Part shown: piece after piece, positions 40,177 to 50,023 of the stretch
How the letters are laid out: the number at the start of each line of letters is the position of its first letter
How positions within the stretch are numbered: the stretch's first letter is position 1
The notes under the pieces: generated by a model
Databases searched by the model: none
Told to the model about the DNA's origin: nothing
What the model saw: the letters and a program-made list of their open reading frames with translations, nothing else
Position numbers and translations under genes: made by a program
NCBI GenBank assembly: GCA_964351315.1
Contig: CAYGNH010000002.1
Coordinates: 216,269-280,268 of the forward strand
Source: an uncultured Pseudobdellovibrionaceae bacterium
GTDB lineage: Bacteria; Bdellovibrionota; Bdellovibrionia; Bdellovibrionales; JAGQZY01
Reading direction: 5' to 3'
Length of the DNA stretch: 64,000 bases

Positions 40177-40668
40177 TTATTCACTTAAAGGAACAAAGTT
40201 GGCACGGCGGTTTTTGGCATGCGCATCTTCAGAGTCCGAGCTGTCCAAAGGTTTTTCTTCTCCATAACTCAAAATTGACAAGCGATTGCCATCGACTCCT
40301 AAACTGACAAGATGATTCTTCACCTTGCGAGCTCGCCTCTCTCCCAGAGTCAAATTGTATTCAATCGATCCCCTAGAGTCACAATGCCCCTCGATCTGAA
40401 GTTTGGTATCGGCATTGGCTTGCATCCATTGGGCGTTTTGTTGCAGTTTGGACTCGGCTTCAGCTGTCAATTTGGTTTGGTCATAGGGGAAGTTGATAGA
40501 AAACAGACCGTCGACCTTACCGCTATCTGATCCCACACCTTCTCCTAAGGCGAGGTTGCCATCGACAATACCAGGAGCGACTTCGTCTCCTCCCCTATCT
40601 TTCGGTTTGGATGAGCAAGCTGCGATCGTAAACATACAAAGCAAAACCGTTAATAGTTTTTTAAGCAA
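40177..40668 (-). CDS. Pal-like peptidoglycan-associated lipoprotein (OmpA C-terminal domain)
   Basis: Lipobox TIAA|C. ...LQIEGHCDSRGSIEYNLTLGERRARKVKNHLVSLGV...LSYGEEKP...NRRANF is very close to the Pal/OmpA_C pattern. Confidence 0.85.
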   Translation of the reverse strand: MLKKLLTVLLCMFTIAACSSKPKDRGGDEVAPGIVDGNLALGEGVGSDSGKVDGLFSINFPYDQTKLTAEAESKLQQNAQWMQANADTKLQIEGHCDSRGSIEYNLTLGERRARKVKNHLVSLGVDGNRLSILSYGEEKPLDSSDSEDAHAKNRRANFVPLSE

Positions 40669-40678
40669 GGGGACCTCC

Positions 40679-42370
40679 TTATAGGTCTTCTTGGGTGTTT
40701 GAAAGTAGTTCTTCTATAGTCGTAATACCTTGAATCACCTTTTGCAAACCGTGATCTCGGAAAGACTTCATCCCTTGTTCAACGGCTTTCTTTTTGATAG
40801 CACCAGAGTCTTTTCTTTGCATGACTAAGGTTCTCACCTCTTCTGTCACCGTCAATAGTTCTTGAATCAGGGTTCGACCAATATAGCCTTTATTGTTGCA
40901 CTTGTTACAGCCCACAGCCTTGTGAATGTTATGGCCCTCGATTTGTTCGGGTGACAGTCCGAGATTGCGCATTTCAATGTCCGAGGGCTTATGGGGCTCT
41001 TTACAGTGAGGGCAAAGAACTCGAACAAGACGTTGAGAAATAACCCCCAAAAGCGAGGTTGCGATTAGAAAAGGCTCACAACCCATATCGATCAAACGCG
41101 GAAAAGCTCCAGCAGCATCATTGGTGTGAATTGTGGAGAGAACCAAGTGACCGGTGAGAGACGAGTTAATCGCAATTTCGGCCGTTTCCAAGTCACGAAT
41201 CTCCCCGATCATAATAGTGTCTGGATCTTGCCTTAGAATAGCCCGCAGTCCGCTGGCAAAAGTCAGCCCGATTTTAGAGTTCACCTGAATTTGACCAATC
41301 CCATGGATTCGCTGTTCGACCGGATCTTCAACTGTAATAATGTTGGTATCGATCGAGTTGAGTTTTTGCAAACCCGCGTAGAGAGTCGTCGACTTTCCTG
41401 AACCGGTGGGACCTGTTACCAAAACAATACCGTAGGTTCTCGACAGCAAATCATCCAGTTTCGTTAAGTTCTCTTCAGAAAAGCCCAACTGATTCAAATT
41501 AAGAATCACGTTAGAGCGATCTTGCAAACGCATCACGCAACGCTCACCGTGAGAAGTGGGAACCGTATTCAGACGAACATCGATGTCCTTACCGCCAATC
41601 TTTAGCGGAATCCGACCATCTTGAGGCAATCGTTTTTCGGCAATATTTAAATTGCCCATGACTTTGATTCTCGACGTGATGGCATTTTGCAATTTCTTGG
41701 GTGGTTTAAAGACATCGTACAGAACGCCATCGACTCGAAACCGTACAACCATGTCTTTCTCATAGGGCTCAACATGAATATCCGAAGCCTTTTCTTTAAC
41801 GGCTCTCGATAATAATGTGTTCACCAACCGAATCACGGGAGCGTCATCATCGGCCGCCTCAAGCAAATCGATAATAGGTTCGTCTAAATCGTAGTCTTCC
41901 TCTTCGATCTCATCCAAACCTTCTAATGCTGTTGTACCTTTTTCATAAACTCGGTTTATTGCATCGAGAAGCTTCACTTTTGTGGTCAAGATCGGAGTCA
42001 CTCGTTTTTTGAATAGTAAACGCAAATCATCCAAAACCGTAATATTCAGCGGGTTGGTGGTGAGAACCAAAACATGATTTTGATCCTCTTTATACGGTAA
42101 AACCTCAAAGGTCTTGGCGTAGTTAATTGAAATTCCACGGATCATATCCATTGCGATATCATTGATAATAATATCTTTGGCAAATTCAATACCAATGCGT
42201 TGACTGAGCTTTTCCATCACCTTGTCGGTGGTCGGATCGACAATCTCTTCTAAACTTTGACGAACAGTTTTGGTTCCCCCAAAATCCGAGTCAAGCAAGG
42301 TATGAACTTGCTCAGCCGTCAGACTGGTGGATTTTTGAATGATATTTTCAACACCGGTTGCTTGTGCCAT
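40679..42370 (-). CDS. gspE: Type II secretion system ATPase GspE
   Basis: Walker A GPTGSGKST, Asp and His boxes, and the C-terminal tetracysteine CPHC...CNKC. Confidence 0.93.
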   Translation of the reverse strand: MAQATGVENIIQKSTSLTAEQVHTLLDSDFGGTKTVRQSLEEIVDPTTDKVMEKLSQRIGIEFAKDIIINDIAMDMIRGISINYAKTFEVLPYKEDQNHVLVLTTNPLNITVLDDLRLLFKKRVTPILTTKVKLLDAINRVYEKGTTALEGLDEIEEEDYDLDEPIIDLLEAADDDAPVIRLVNTLLSRAVKEKASDIHVEPYEKDMVVRFRVDGVLYDVFKPPKKLQNAITSRIKVMGNLNIAEKRLPQDGRIPLKIGGKDIDVRLNTVPTSHGERCVMRLQDRSNVILNLNQLGFSEENLTKLDDLLSRTYGIVLVTGPTGSGKSTTLYAGLQKLNSIDTNIITVEDPVEQRIHGIGQIQVNSKIGLTFASGLRAILRQDPDTIMIGEIRDLETAEIAINSSLTGHLVLSTIHTNDAAGAFPRLIDMGCEPFLIATSLLGVISQRLVRVLCPHCKEPHKPSDIEMRNLGLSPEQIEGHNIHKAVGCNKCNNKGYIGRTLIQELLTVTEEVRTLVMQRKDSGAIKKKAVEQGMKSFRDHGLQKVIQGITTIEELLSNTQEDL

Positions 42371-42376
42371 AGCTCC

Positions 42377-44956
42377 TTAAAAATCCTCGAGTTCTTCTTC
42401 GACAGCATCAAAGTTACCGTCTGCAGGCTCCAACATCATGGGGGCCGGAGACTCTGGTGCTGGAGGCTCACCAAGAGGGATCGCATCTTCTAAGTCCAAC
42501 TCAACTTCGGCAGGGCTCGGAATATAGGTTTTGGCTGAGGCACTTGAATCTTGAATCATTTTATTGAACTTTTCACCGTAAGGATCACGTCCACCAGAAT
42601 TCTCTTTGATCCAATCGATTCGCTCTGTCATTTTTTGCTGAAGAATCTTTCGATGCCCCTGGGAGTTCCGAATAATTGTGGGTGTTAAAAATACAACCAA
42701 GTTCTTTTTAACTTTTCTAGACGTACTATTTTTGAATAGCCACCCAAGGATTGGGATGTCGCCTAAAAGAGGAATTTTGGACTCAGTGATTGTGTCCTCG
42801 TCTTCCATCAAACCACCAAGTACGGCTGTCTGACCTGACTCAAGAACAATATTGGTTTTTAAAGACTTCTTCGTCAAAGACTGGGCATTGTCCGCCAAAT
42901 TTTGAGCTTGAATGGCCTTTGTACTGACCTTTTGGATTTTTTGCTCCACATTCAAGCGAACAATATTGGAGTCCGGCGAGATGAAGGGTTTGATCTTAAG
43001 CAAGATCGTCGCGTCCTTAAATTGAGGGGTAAAGGTACTCAAGCCTGCGTTGGTCGCACTTTGGGTTGCACCCACTGGAACTTCATCCCCCACTTCGATT
43101 TCGGACTCTTCATTGTCCATAGCTAAAATATTAGGAGTCGATAAAATATTCCCGTTGGTTTTCTCTTTGAGAAAGGAAATCAAAGCAATCAAACTAGGGA
43201 TTTCGATGGTCTGTCCCCCGGCGTTGATTTGAATGGTTTCGCTGGGGTCACCCAAATTGAGAATGGCTCCTTTGCCACCGACAGGGTTGACCAAATCCCC
43301 CAAAGAACTGGATCCTCCTGAAAATCCAATTCGAGCCACGCCTTCACCATTGACGTTAGCGGTTCCATCGTCCGGTCCTTTAAAGAATTTCATGTAGTTC
43401 ATATTCCAGACGTTTTGGTTGGAAGCATCCATTTCCATAATCACAGCTTCCACGAACACTTGATCCTTTGGAATATCAATTTTAGCTAACAAATTCTTCA
43501 CAACCTTATAATCCTGCTTGCTCGCAGTGACGATCAAACTGTTGGTGTTTTCATCAGCTTTAATAACCACGTTGCCATCAAAAATAGATTTTTGAATTTT
43601 TGGTGCCTGAAAGGAGGATTTGTCATCGCTCTTAGCACTTTTCTCTGCAGCTTTCTCCGATTCTTGAGCGATACCAGAAAGAGTTTCTGCAATTTTAACA
43701 GCTTCGCCATGTTTCACATAGTAGACATAAACTCCACCGGCATCCGCAGGATCCAAAGGGTAGTCCAGCCGTTTGACCAAGTTTTCAATCCGATCAATGC
43801 CCTGCTTGTTACCAACAACAATGATCGAGTTAGTTCTCTCATCGGGAGCGACCAATTTTAAGTTTTCTGTTTTCCCGCCATCATTTTTACTAAATCGAGA
43901 GCGACTAAATCGACTCGAGCTCTTTCCTTTTTCTTCTCCGTCTTTAATGATTTTTTCGATCAACTCGGCAATGTCTTTGGACTTGGCATGGCGAATTGGG
44001 ATGACTTCAAGTCGCTCTTCAAAACCAGGCTTATCCAGTTCTTCAATGATACGAGAGATTCTCTCGATACTCGAACCGTAACCGGAAACAATCAACGAGT
44101 TAGTGTTTTCATAGGATTCGACATTGCCCGCTTTTTTCGAAACGAACTTCTCTAAACTCTTTTTTAGACTTTCGGCATCAATGTATTTGAGATTGATAAT
44201 TCGAGTGATCAACTGATCTGAGGTCGGATAGTAGGCACCTGAGTAGGTTTCGATAGAGTCATCTTTAGCGTTGGTTTCTTTGCGAATCTTTAAATAGCCA
44301 TCACCAGTGGGAACCACAGTGTAGCTATTCATAGAGAGGGCGGTTAAGAAAAGCTTCCAGGCCTGCGCCACAGTGACTGGCGTCGGAGCCACAATAGTGA
44401 TTTTTCCACTGATCCCAGGCTCCATAATAAAGTTCTTTTTAGTCAGCTTACTGATCGCATTGGCCACGTCCATAATATTCGCATTAGGGTAGTCGAAGCT
44501 TTCGATGATGTCTGGGAAATTTTCATCGGTGATGTCCTCGGGTTGTGCCTCCGCAAAAGTGAGGCCCTTCTTTTTCGCTCCTGAGTTTTCCACTTTTTTA
44601 ACCTGGATATCTTTCACAGGCGTAGTCGGTCGATTGTTCGTTGGAACAGGCGCCGAAGAACTGTTGCCATTGTTTTGTCCAAAACGAGAGCGACGATTAC
44701 CAAAACGGGATGGTCGCTCCGACTCGTCGGCCACAGGCTCAGGCTCTATCTCAGGCTCTTCGATCACTGGCGGCTCTTCAATTTCCACTTCATTGATTTC
44801 TGGATTTTGCTCGTCATCAAAAAAATCTTCTTGAGCCAATGTATAAATAGGCGCGGGCAAAATATTTTCTGAATTCGTTTCTGACTTTTCAGCTTGTGAT
44901 GTTTGATTAAAACTGATCACAAGAATCGCAATCGTCATGATTCGCATTGTCTTCAT
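42377..44956 (-). CDS. gspD: Type II secretion system secretin GspD
   Basis: Signal peptide, N0-N3-like repeats, and the secretin core ...IPLLGDIPILGWLFKN....VVFLTPTII. Acidic/Pro-rich N- and C-terminal extensions. Confidence 0.92.
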   Translation of the reverse strand: MKTMRIMTIAILVISFNQTSQAEKSETNSENILPAPIYTLAQEDFFDDEQNPEINEVEIEEPPVIEEPEIEPEPVADESERPSRFGNRRSRFGQNNGNSSSAPVPTNNRPTTPVKDIQVKKVENSGAKKKGLTFAEAQPEDITDENFPDIIESFDYPNANIMDVANAISKLTKKNFIMEPGISGKITIVAPTPVTVAQAWKLFLTALSMNSYTVVPTGDGYLKIRKETNAKDDSIETYSGAYYPTSDQLITRIINLKYIDAESLKKSLEKFVSKKAGNVESYENTNSLIVSGYGSSIERISRIIEELDKPGFEERLEVIPIRHAKSKDIAELIEKIIKDGEEKGKSSSRFSRSRFSKNDGGKTENLKLVAPDERTNSIIVVGNKQGIDRIENLVKRLDYPLDPADAGGVYVYYVKHGEAVKIAETLSGIAQESEKAAEKSAKSDDKSSFQAPKIQKSIFDGNVVIKADENTNSLIVTASKQDYKVVKNLLAKIDIPKDQVFVEAVIMEMDASNQNVWNMNYMKFFKGPDDGTANVNGEGVARIGFSGGSSSLGDLVNPVGGKGAILNLGDPSETIQINAGGQTIEIPSLIALISFLKEKTNGNILSTPNILAMDNEESEIEVGDEVPVGATQSATNAGLSTFTPQFKDATILLKIKPFISPDSNIVRLNVEQKIQKVSTKAIQAQNLADNAQSLTKKSLKTNIVLESGQTAVLGGLMEDEDTITESKIPLLGDIPILGWLFKNSTSRKVKKNLVVFLTPTIIRNSQGHRKILQQKMTERIDWIKENSGGRDPYGEKFNKMIQDSSASAKTYIPSPAEVELDLEDAIPLGEPPAPESPAPMMLEPADGNFDAVEEELEDF

Positions 44957-45351
44957 TCGGACCTTCCTATGGTACTGCTTTTTCTATTAAAACCTATATA
45001 TATTGAGAACTTAAGTAAACTCGGCCCACCAAGGCCCGGATCGCGGCCTAGGTCGAGAGGTCATAGCGGTCGGATCAACAATCGCGCCGCATCATTTTAA
45101 AAATTTCAAGTTTTGCAACCGAAGACCCTTAAAATTTCTCTTGTTCCTCTAAAATCAATTTTTTGGATTGCCACTGCCGAAAGAGTTCTGCATTTATTTT
45201 TTTCGGCGCCAAAGATGGCTCATAAAAAAAAAAGAGGCAACAAAACCAACATTCGCTATAAGCGAGACCATTAACAACAGTGTTTTCATGTAGACTTTCC
45301 CGCTAGAAACTTTCTATAGAATACATGGATTATTTTATGGGGATGAATGAA

Positions 45352-46293
45352 TTATTCTAAAGTGTAATTTAAAGTAGTTGAACTGCCACCACGATTGACA
45401 TCGAGCTGGATGCTGTCGGCACTTTTTAGAGCCGAATAAAGCTCCATGGCTTTTTGAGGCGAGTCGACCGGCTCGCCATTCACACCTTTAATAATATCCC
45501 CTCGTTTGAGGCCTAGAGTCTCGTAAATACTCCCTGCCTTGATCGCCACCAGCTTAAAACCACTGATCTCACCACCCGAGCCGGGGGCGACATAGGGCAC
45601 GGCTTTGGCGTCTTGTAAAACCCGCGGCAAATTCTCTAAATACTTATTGAGTTCAGCGCGCTTGAAATTGAAATTGGTCTTGTCGACTTGACCAAATTGC
45701 TCCGGAGTTTTGCTCTGGGAGACACCCATTTGAATGGTGTTTTCCTCTTTGATCTCTATATACTCTAACTTTCGATTGCGAAGATTACGAAACACCACTT
45801 TATGGCGCTGAATATCGCGAATTTTGGCCATCCCTTCCAATTCTTCTCCATCCATCACAGCAAAAATATCTTTGCCACTGACTTGAATAGTGGCCACTGA
45901 CATCTCTCGACGTCCATGAATAATGGTTCCCACTAAACTCAATGGCAAACTGGACAGCACCGGCTGGGTGTTGTCTTCCCCGCCCGGTCCACCGGATTTC
46001 TTTTCACTCATTGAATCTGGAATAAAATGATCAGCATTGAAAATATTTTTGTCTTTCACTCCGGTAAAAACCGACGCCACTTGCGACTTCATTCCGCGGT
46101 TCTTGGCCATCAAGTTTGCTTTCGTAATCCCACCTACGGGTAACATATAGGCGCGGGTATAAGTCGCGATATATTTGGATGTGAGCATCCCCACTAAAAA
46201 CAGGAAGATATAGATATAGGCTCCCTCATAGGGAGGCCGTGGGTTTTTTAAACCGTCCATACCACCAAAAAGAGATCCCAAATTGAATGCCAT
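45352..46293 (-). CDS. gspC: Type II secretion system protein GspC (TM + PDZ)
   Basis: N-terminal TM helix and a C-terminal PDZ-like ...GFKLVAIKAGSIYETLGLKRGDIIKGVNGEPV... It sits upstream of gspD. Confidence 0.75.
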   Translation of the reverse strand: MAFNLGSLFGGMDGLKNPRPPYEGAYIYIFLFLVGMLTSKYIATYTRAYMLPVGGITKANLMAKNRGMKSQVASVFTGVKDKNIFNADHFIPDSMSEKKSGGPGGEDNTQPVLSSLPLSLVGTIIHGRREMSVATIQVSGKDIFAVMDGEELEGMAKIRDIQRHKVVFRNLRNRKLEYIEIKEENTIQMGVSQSKTPEQFGQVDKTNFNFKRAELNKYLENLPRVLQDAKAVPYVAPGSGGEISGFKLVAIKAGSIYETLGLKRGDIIKGVNGEPVDSPQKAMELYSALKSADSIQLDVNRGGSSTTLNYTLE

Positions 46294-46372
46294 AGATTAA
46301 AGTTTAGCAAAGACTAGGGGTAATTATTAGAAAAAAGTCTCTGGACTGTTGAATAGTTTTCCTTGGACCGCA

Positions 46373-47002
46373 TCAGCCACGATAAATATTGATCAAAAAA
46401 GAGATCATCGGCGTAAAAACATCGTGCTGAGAGGAGGCATCGGCCGTGACGTTGGTGCTGGCACTTTCAGCTTTCCCGTAACGAAAACTTTTATAGACAA
46501 GTTGAGGCCCGATAGAAAGAAAGCGACCCAGACGGAAATAATAAGTGGCGTCGACCTGGAACCCCAATCCCTCGGTGTAGTCTGATTCTGCCACATTTTC
46601 TAGGGCTTGCTTGGAATAAGGGAAAAAGGTTCCTTTTAAAGCCCATCCGTATTTGACGTAGCCGAAACTGGCCCCCAAAGACGTCCGCGAAGTCAATGGT
46701 GCACTGCCATCAATATCCTGGGTTTCGCCGGTATACAGGACACCAAAATAAAAGCCGTTTCGAAAAATATAGCCTAACTGAATGTCGTAGAATAAAAAGC
46801 TTCGAGTGCGATCAGCGACACCTCCTCCGGTGACCTGATTGTTCTCATCAATCCGGTTGTAGAAAAGGGAAGGACTAAAAACCAAGCCATAGTCTCGCTG
46901 CCATTTATCCAGATCCGAAAAGGTTTCGTAGGATTTGTAGTCTTCGTACTGAGCCTGGACGGCAGAATGGGCAAACAGGATAATAAAGAGAAAAATACGC
47001 AT
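46373..47002 (-). CDS. Small outer-membrane beta-barrel protein
   Basis: Signal peptide MRIFLFIILFAHSAVQA. Alternating aromatic/hydrophilic beta-strand pattern throughout. Confidence 0.65.
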   Translation of the reverse strand: MRIFLFIILFAHSAVQAQYEDYKSYETFSDLDKWQRDYGLVFSPSLFYNRIDENNQVTGGGVADRTRSFLFYDIQLGYIFRNGFYFGVLYTGETQDIDGSAPLTSRTSLGASFGYVKYGWALKGTFFPYSKQALENVAESDYTEGLGFQVDATYYFRLGRFLSIGPQLVYKSFRYGKAESASTNVTADASSQHDVFTPMISFLINIYRG

Positions 47003-47134
47003 GCCCTATTATTTGATGGACTCGCGATAGAATCAAGCCATTCGTTGGTCAGCCTCACCAAACCAGCGCAATCGCCATTGAACTCCAGGATCTTTGTGAT
47101 TAAACTAGAAAGGTTCGCGGAGGAAGGTCCAGTC

Positions 47135-48349
47135 ATGCCAATCTATGAATACAAAGGGCTGAATAAAGCCGGCAAAAACGTCAAAGGCACTGTCGATGCG
47201 GACAATCTGCGTAATGCCCGAGTCAAACTGAAAAAAGATGGCATTTATGTGGTTGATCTGGCGGATAAGACCAAACGGCTTCGAAAAAAGAAAAGCAAAG
47301 GCGGTAACAACAAAGGTATCAGCGTTGATGACCTTTCGAATATGACTCGTCAGATGGCTTCTTTGATTAAAGCAAACATCCCTCTAGTTGATGCCCTTGG
47401 CGCCTGCTCAGACCAAATGGATAATCCCATGTTGAAAGAGGTTTTGGCCGATTGTAAAAATCATGTCAACGAAGGGAGCCCTTTCCACAAAACCCTTCGT
47501 AAATACCCAAAGATCTTTGATAAGATTTTTGTTTCCATGATTGAAGCCGGTGAGATGTCCGGAACCTTAGACACCATTCTTCTAAGGCTGGCAGAATTTA
47601 CCGAAGACAAAGCAGAACTCAACTCTAAAATAAAATCTGCCATGCTTTATCCTATTATTATGATTTTTTTCATGGTGGGTATTTTGGCGGTGATGTTTGT
47701 GTTTGTCGTTCCACAGATGGTGAGCATTTTTGAGGATGCCGAAAAAGCTCTGCCTTGGTACACCCAGATTGTGATCAGCATGAGTGGTGCCATCGTCAAT
47801 TACTGGTGGTTGATCTTGTTGGGAGTGGGCTCCTTAATCTTTGTTTTTATTCAATGGACCAGATCGGAAACCGGGCGCCCCAAATGGGACGCCATCAAGC
47901 TGGTTCTCCCGGTCTCAGGACCTTTGACACGGATGATTGCGGTGTCGAGATTCACACGAACCCTCTCCACCTTACTGGCTGGTGGCGTTCCCATGCTCAA
48001 TGCCATGGACATTGTTAAAAATGTAGTCAATAACGAAGTCTTGGCGAAAGCCATTCGCGAAGCCAGAGATAACATTAGCGAAGGGGAATCCATCGCCGGT
48101 CCGCTGAAGAAATCAGAACAGTTCCCCCCGATTGTGATTCACATGGTTGGAATTGGTGAAAAAACAGGCGATTTGGAAAAAATGTTGAATCAGGTGAGTG
48201 ACACCTACGATTTTCAGGTGAAAAACAAAGTGGCGGGCCTGACCTCGGTCCTTGAGCCGGTCATGATCATTTTTATGGGGGGTGTCATTGGTATGATTGT
48301 ATTTTCTCTCATGGTGCCAATGTTTGAACTCGCCAACATCGCAGAGTAG
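47135..48349 (+). CDS. gspF: Type II secretion system inner-membrane platform protein GspF
   Basis: MPIYEYKGLNKAGKNVKG... and two GspF repeats with 3 TM helices. GGAGGAAGG lies upstream of the ATG at 47135. Confidence 0.92.
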   Translation: MPIYEYKGLNKAGKNVKGTVDADNLRNARVKLKKDGIYVVDLADKTKRLRKKKSKGGNNKGISVDDLSNMTRQMASLIKANIPLVDALGACSDQMDNPMLKEVLADCKNHVNEGSPFHKTLRKYPKIFDKIFVSMIEAGEMSGTLDTILLRLAEFTEDKAELNSKIKSAMLYPIIMIFFMVGILAVMFVFVVPQMVSIFEDAEKALPWYTQIVISMSGAIVNYWWLILLGVGSLIFVFIQWTRSETGRPKWDAIKLVLPVSGPLTRMIAVSRFTRTLSTLLAGGVPMLNAMDIVKNVVNNEVLAKAIREARDNISEGESIAGPLKKSEQFPPIVIHMVGIGEKTGDLEKMLNQVSDTYDFQVKNKVAGLTSVLEPVMIIFMGGVIGMIVFSLMVPMFELANIAE

Positions 48350-48382
48350 TATGGTGCAATTAAACAGTTGAGGAGTGAGTTT

Positions 48383-48802
48383 ATGTTTTTAAACAATCGA
48401 AACGGGTTTTCACTTGTGGAAATTATGATCGTGGTCGTAATTATTGGAATTATTGGTGCCACCATGGGGAACCGACTTTTTGGTGGATTAGACCGAGCCA
48501 AAGTGAAGGACGCCCAAAATATGATGCGAAACTTTGCGGATGCTTTGGAGATGTATGCCACCGATTGCAACTCCTACCCCACCACGGACCAAGGCCTAGA
48601 GGCATTAATCGATGAGCCCGGTGGAGACCCGGCCTGTGAAGCCTGGGGCCCCCAATATCTAAAGAAACTTCCTAAAGATCCTTGGGGTCGTCCTTATATC
48701 TACGAGTCTGATGGAGTGGAGTTCAATATTATTTCTCTCGGAAAAGACAAAAGAGAAAATGGCGATGGATTCGGGAAGGACATCCATTACAACCAACTTT
48801 AA
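48383..48802 (+). CDS. gspG: Type II secretion major pseudopilin GspG
   Basis: MFLNNRNG|FSLVEIMIVVVIIGII..., ...KDPWGRPYIY......SLGKD is canonical GspG. Confidence 0.93.
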   Translation: MFLNNRNGFSLVEIMIVVVIIGIIGATMGNRLFGGLDRAKVKDAQNMMRNFADALEMYATDCNSYPTTDQGLEALIDEPGGDPACEAWGPQYLKKLPKDPWGRPYIYESDGVEFNIISLGKDKRENGDGFGKDIHYNQL

Positions 48803-49481
48803 TCTGAAGAGGTTCTTCACGTCCTCAAACACATCCCATTCACCTTCTTGGGTTTCGGCCGGTTTCTCGCTGGTCGAAATCATGATTGTCATCGTTATAA
48901 TTGGCTTTTTTGTTGCCTACGGGGCCCGTCGAATTTCAGATCGTACCGATAATGTAAAAACTCAGGTTCGTCGTTTTGCGACTATCACTAAAAAATTAAG
49001 AAATCGTGCCCGCCTCGACAACCAAACCTATCGTCTTGTTTTTGATCTGCCTGTAGAACGCAACAAACAGCAAAGCTACTGGATTGAGTCGACCAGCAAA
49101 CCAGCTCTTTTACTCAATCAAGAGCAGCGAGAAGAATTGGAAGAGGACCTTGAAGACAAAGAGACACAAGACGGAAAAAAGTATCGCCCCGACCCTCAGG
49201 GTTTCGCTCAAGACACTCGCGTTTTAAAGGAGGCCCCAGCCACCTTGCCGGACGGATTATTTTTTGATTCCATTGAACTGATGGGCGATCCTATTGAAAA
49301 ATTGAGTGAGGGTCGTATTTACATCTATTTTTTTCCCCAGGGTTATGTTCAAGGCAGTGCCATTCACTTCACCGATCGTGATAAAGTGAATTGGACTGTG
49401 GTCCTCGAAGGACTGACAGGTCGGGTCAGCGTGTTTGCAAGAGACCGCAGCCTTAGCGACTTTAAAATCGAAGAGGAGTGA
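48759..49481 (+). CDS. gspH: Minor pseudopilin, GspH-like, with an unusually long predicted leader
   Basis: ...SAG|FSLVEIMIVIVIIGFFVAYG... The only in-frame ATG/GTG/TTG starts lie inside the gspG 3' end (48759 or 48765). Confidence 0.7.
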   Translation: MAMDSGRTSITTNFNLKRFFTSSNTSHSPSWVSAGFSLVEIMIVIVIIGFFVAYGARRISDRTDNVKTQVRRFATITKKLRNRARLDNQTYRLVFDLPVERNKQQSYWIESTSKPALLLNQEQREELEEDLEDKETQDGKKYRPDPQGFAQDTRVLKEAPATLPDGLFFDSIELMGDPIEKLSEGRIYIYFFPQGYVQGSAIHFTDRDKVNWTVVLEGLTGRVSVFARDRSLSDFKIEEE

Positions 49482-50023
49482 TTTTTTTGAAGACATTTAA
49501 AGCCAAAAACCATGGCTTTTCTCTTTTTGAAGTTTTAATTGCAATGGCGATCATGTCATCGGCATCCATGCTTATTTATACGGCGTGGACCGGCAATCAA
49601 CTGCGGGTGCGAAAAATGGCGATTAACAACAAGTCGGCGATTTTACTTGAGCAAATCATGGCTGAACTTGAGATCAAGTACGCTGAAAGACTCACCCAAT
49701 TGCCAGACTCCGAAGGAGGTGTTTTTGAAGATCATCCCAAGTTTTCTTGGACCATGGTTTCTCGAGATTTTGAAATGCCTGACCTGCGATCGGTTTTAAT
49801 TTCTGGTGGTGATGGAGATGAAGCCATGCTTCTTATTGTCGATAAGTTGACCGAGTACCTCAACCAGAGCGTGAAAGAGATGAAGGTCACCGTCGAATAC
49901 AACTTTGGTGGCAAAGGTAAAAAAACTAGCGTTAAGTATTCTGCTACAACCTTTCTCGTGGATTTTAACCAGGCTCTCCCCCTCGGCGGCGGTGTTCCTA
50001 GTGGCGGAGGGCTCGGCCCATGA
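49478..50023 (+). CDS. gspI: Minor pseudopilin GspI
   Basis: ...KNHG|FSLFEVLIAMAIMS... Size and position match GspI. Confidence 0.8.
   Translation: MIFLKTFKAKNHGFSLFEVLIAMAIMSSASMLIYTAWTGNQLRVRKMAINNKSAILLEQIMAELEIKYAERLTQLPDSEGGVFEDHPKFSWTMVSRDFEMPDLRSVLISGGDGDEAMLLIVDKLTEYLNQSVKEMKVTVEYNFGGKGKKTSVKYSATTFLVDFNQALPLGGGVPSGGGLGP

Noticed and set aside
40167-40182. The palindrome GAATAA-attg-TTATTC embeds both stop codons of a convergent gene pair. A similar TAATTA junction occurs at 55540-55545.
   Set aside because: These are 6-bp AT-rich stems formed largely by the stop codons themselves. They are expected by chance and too weak to terminate transcription.
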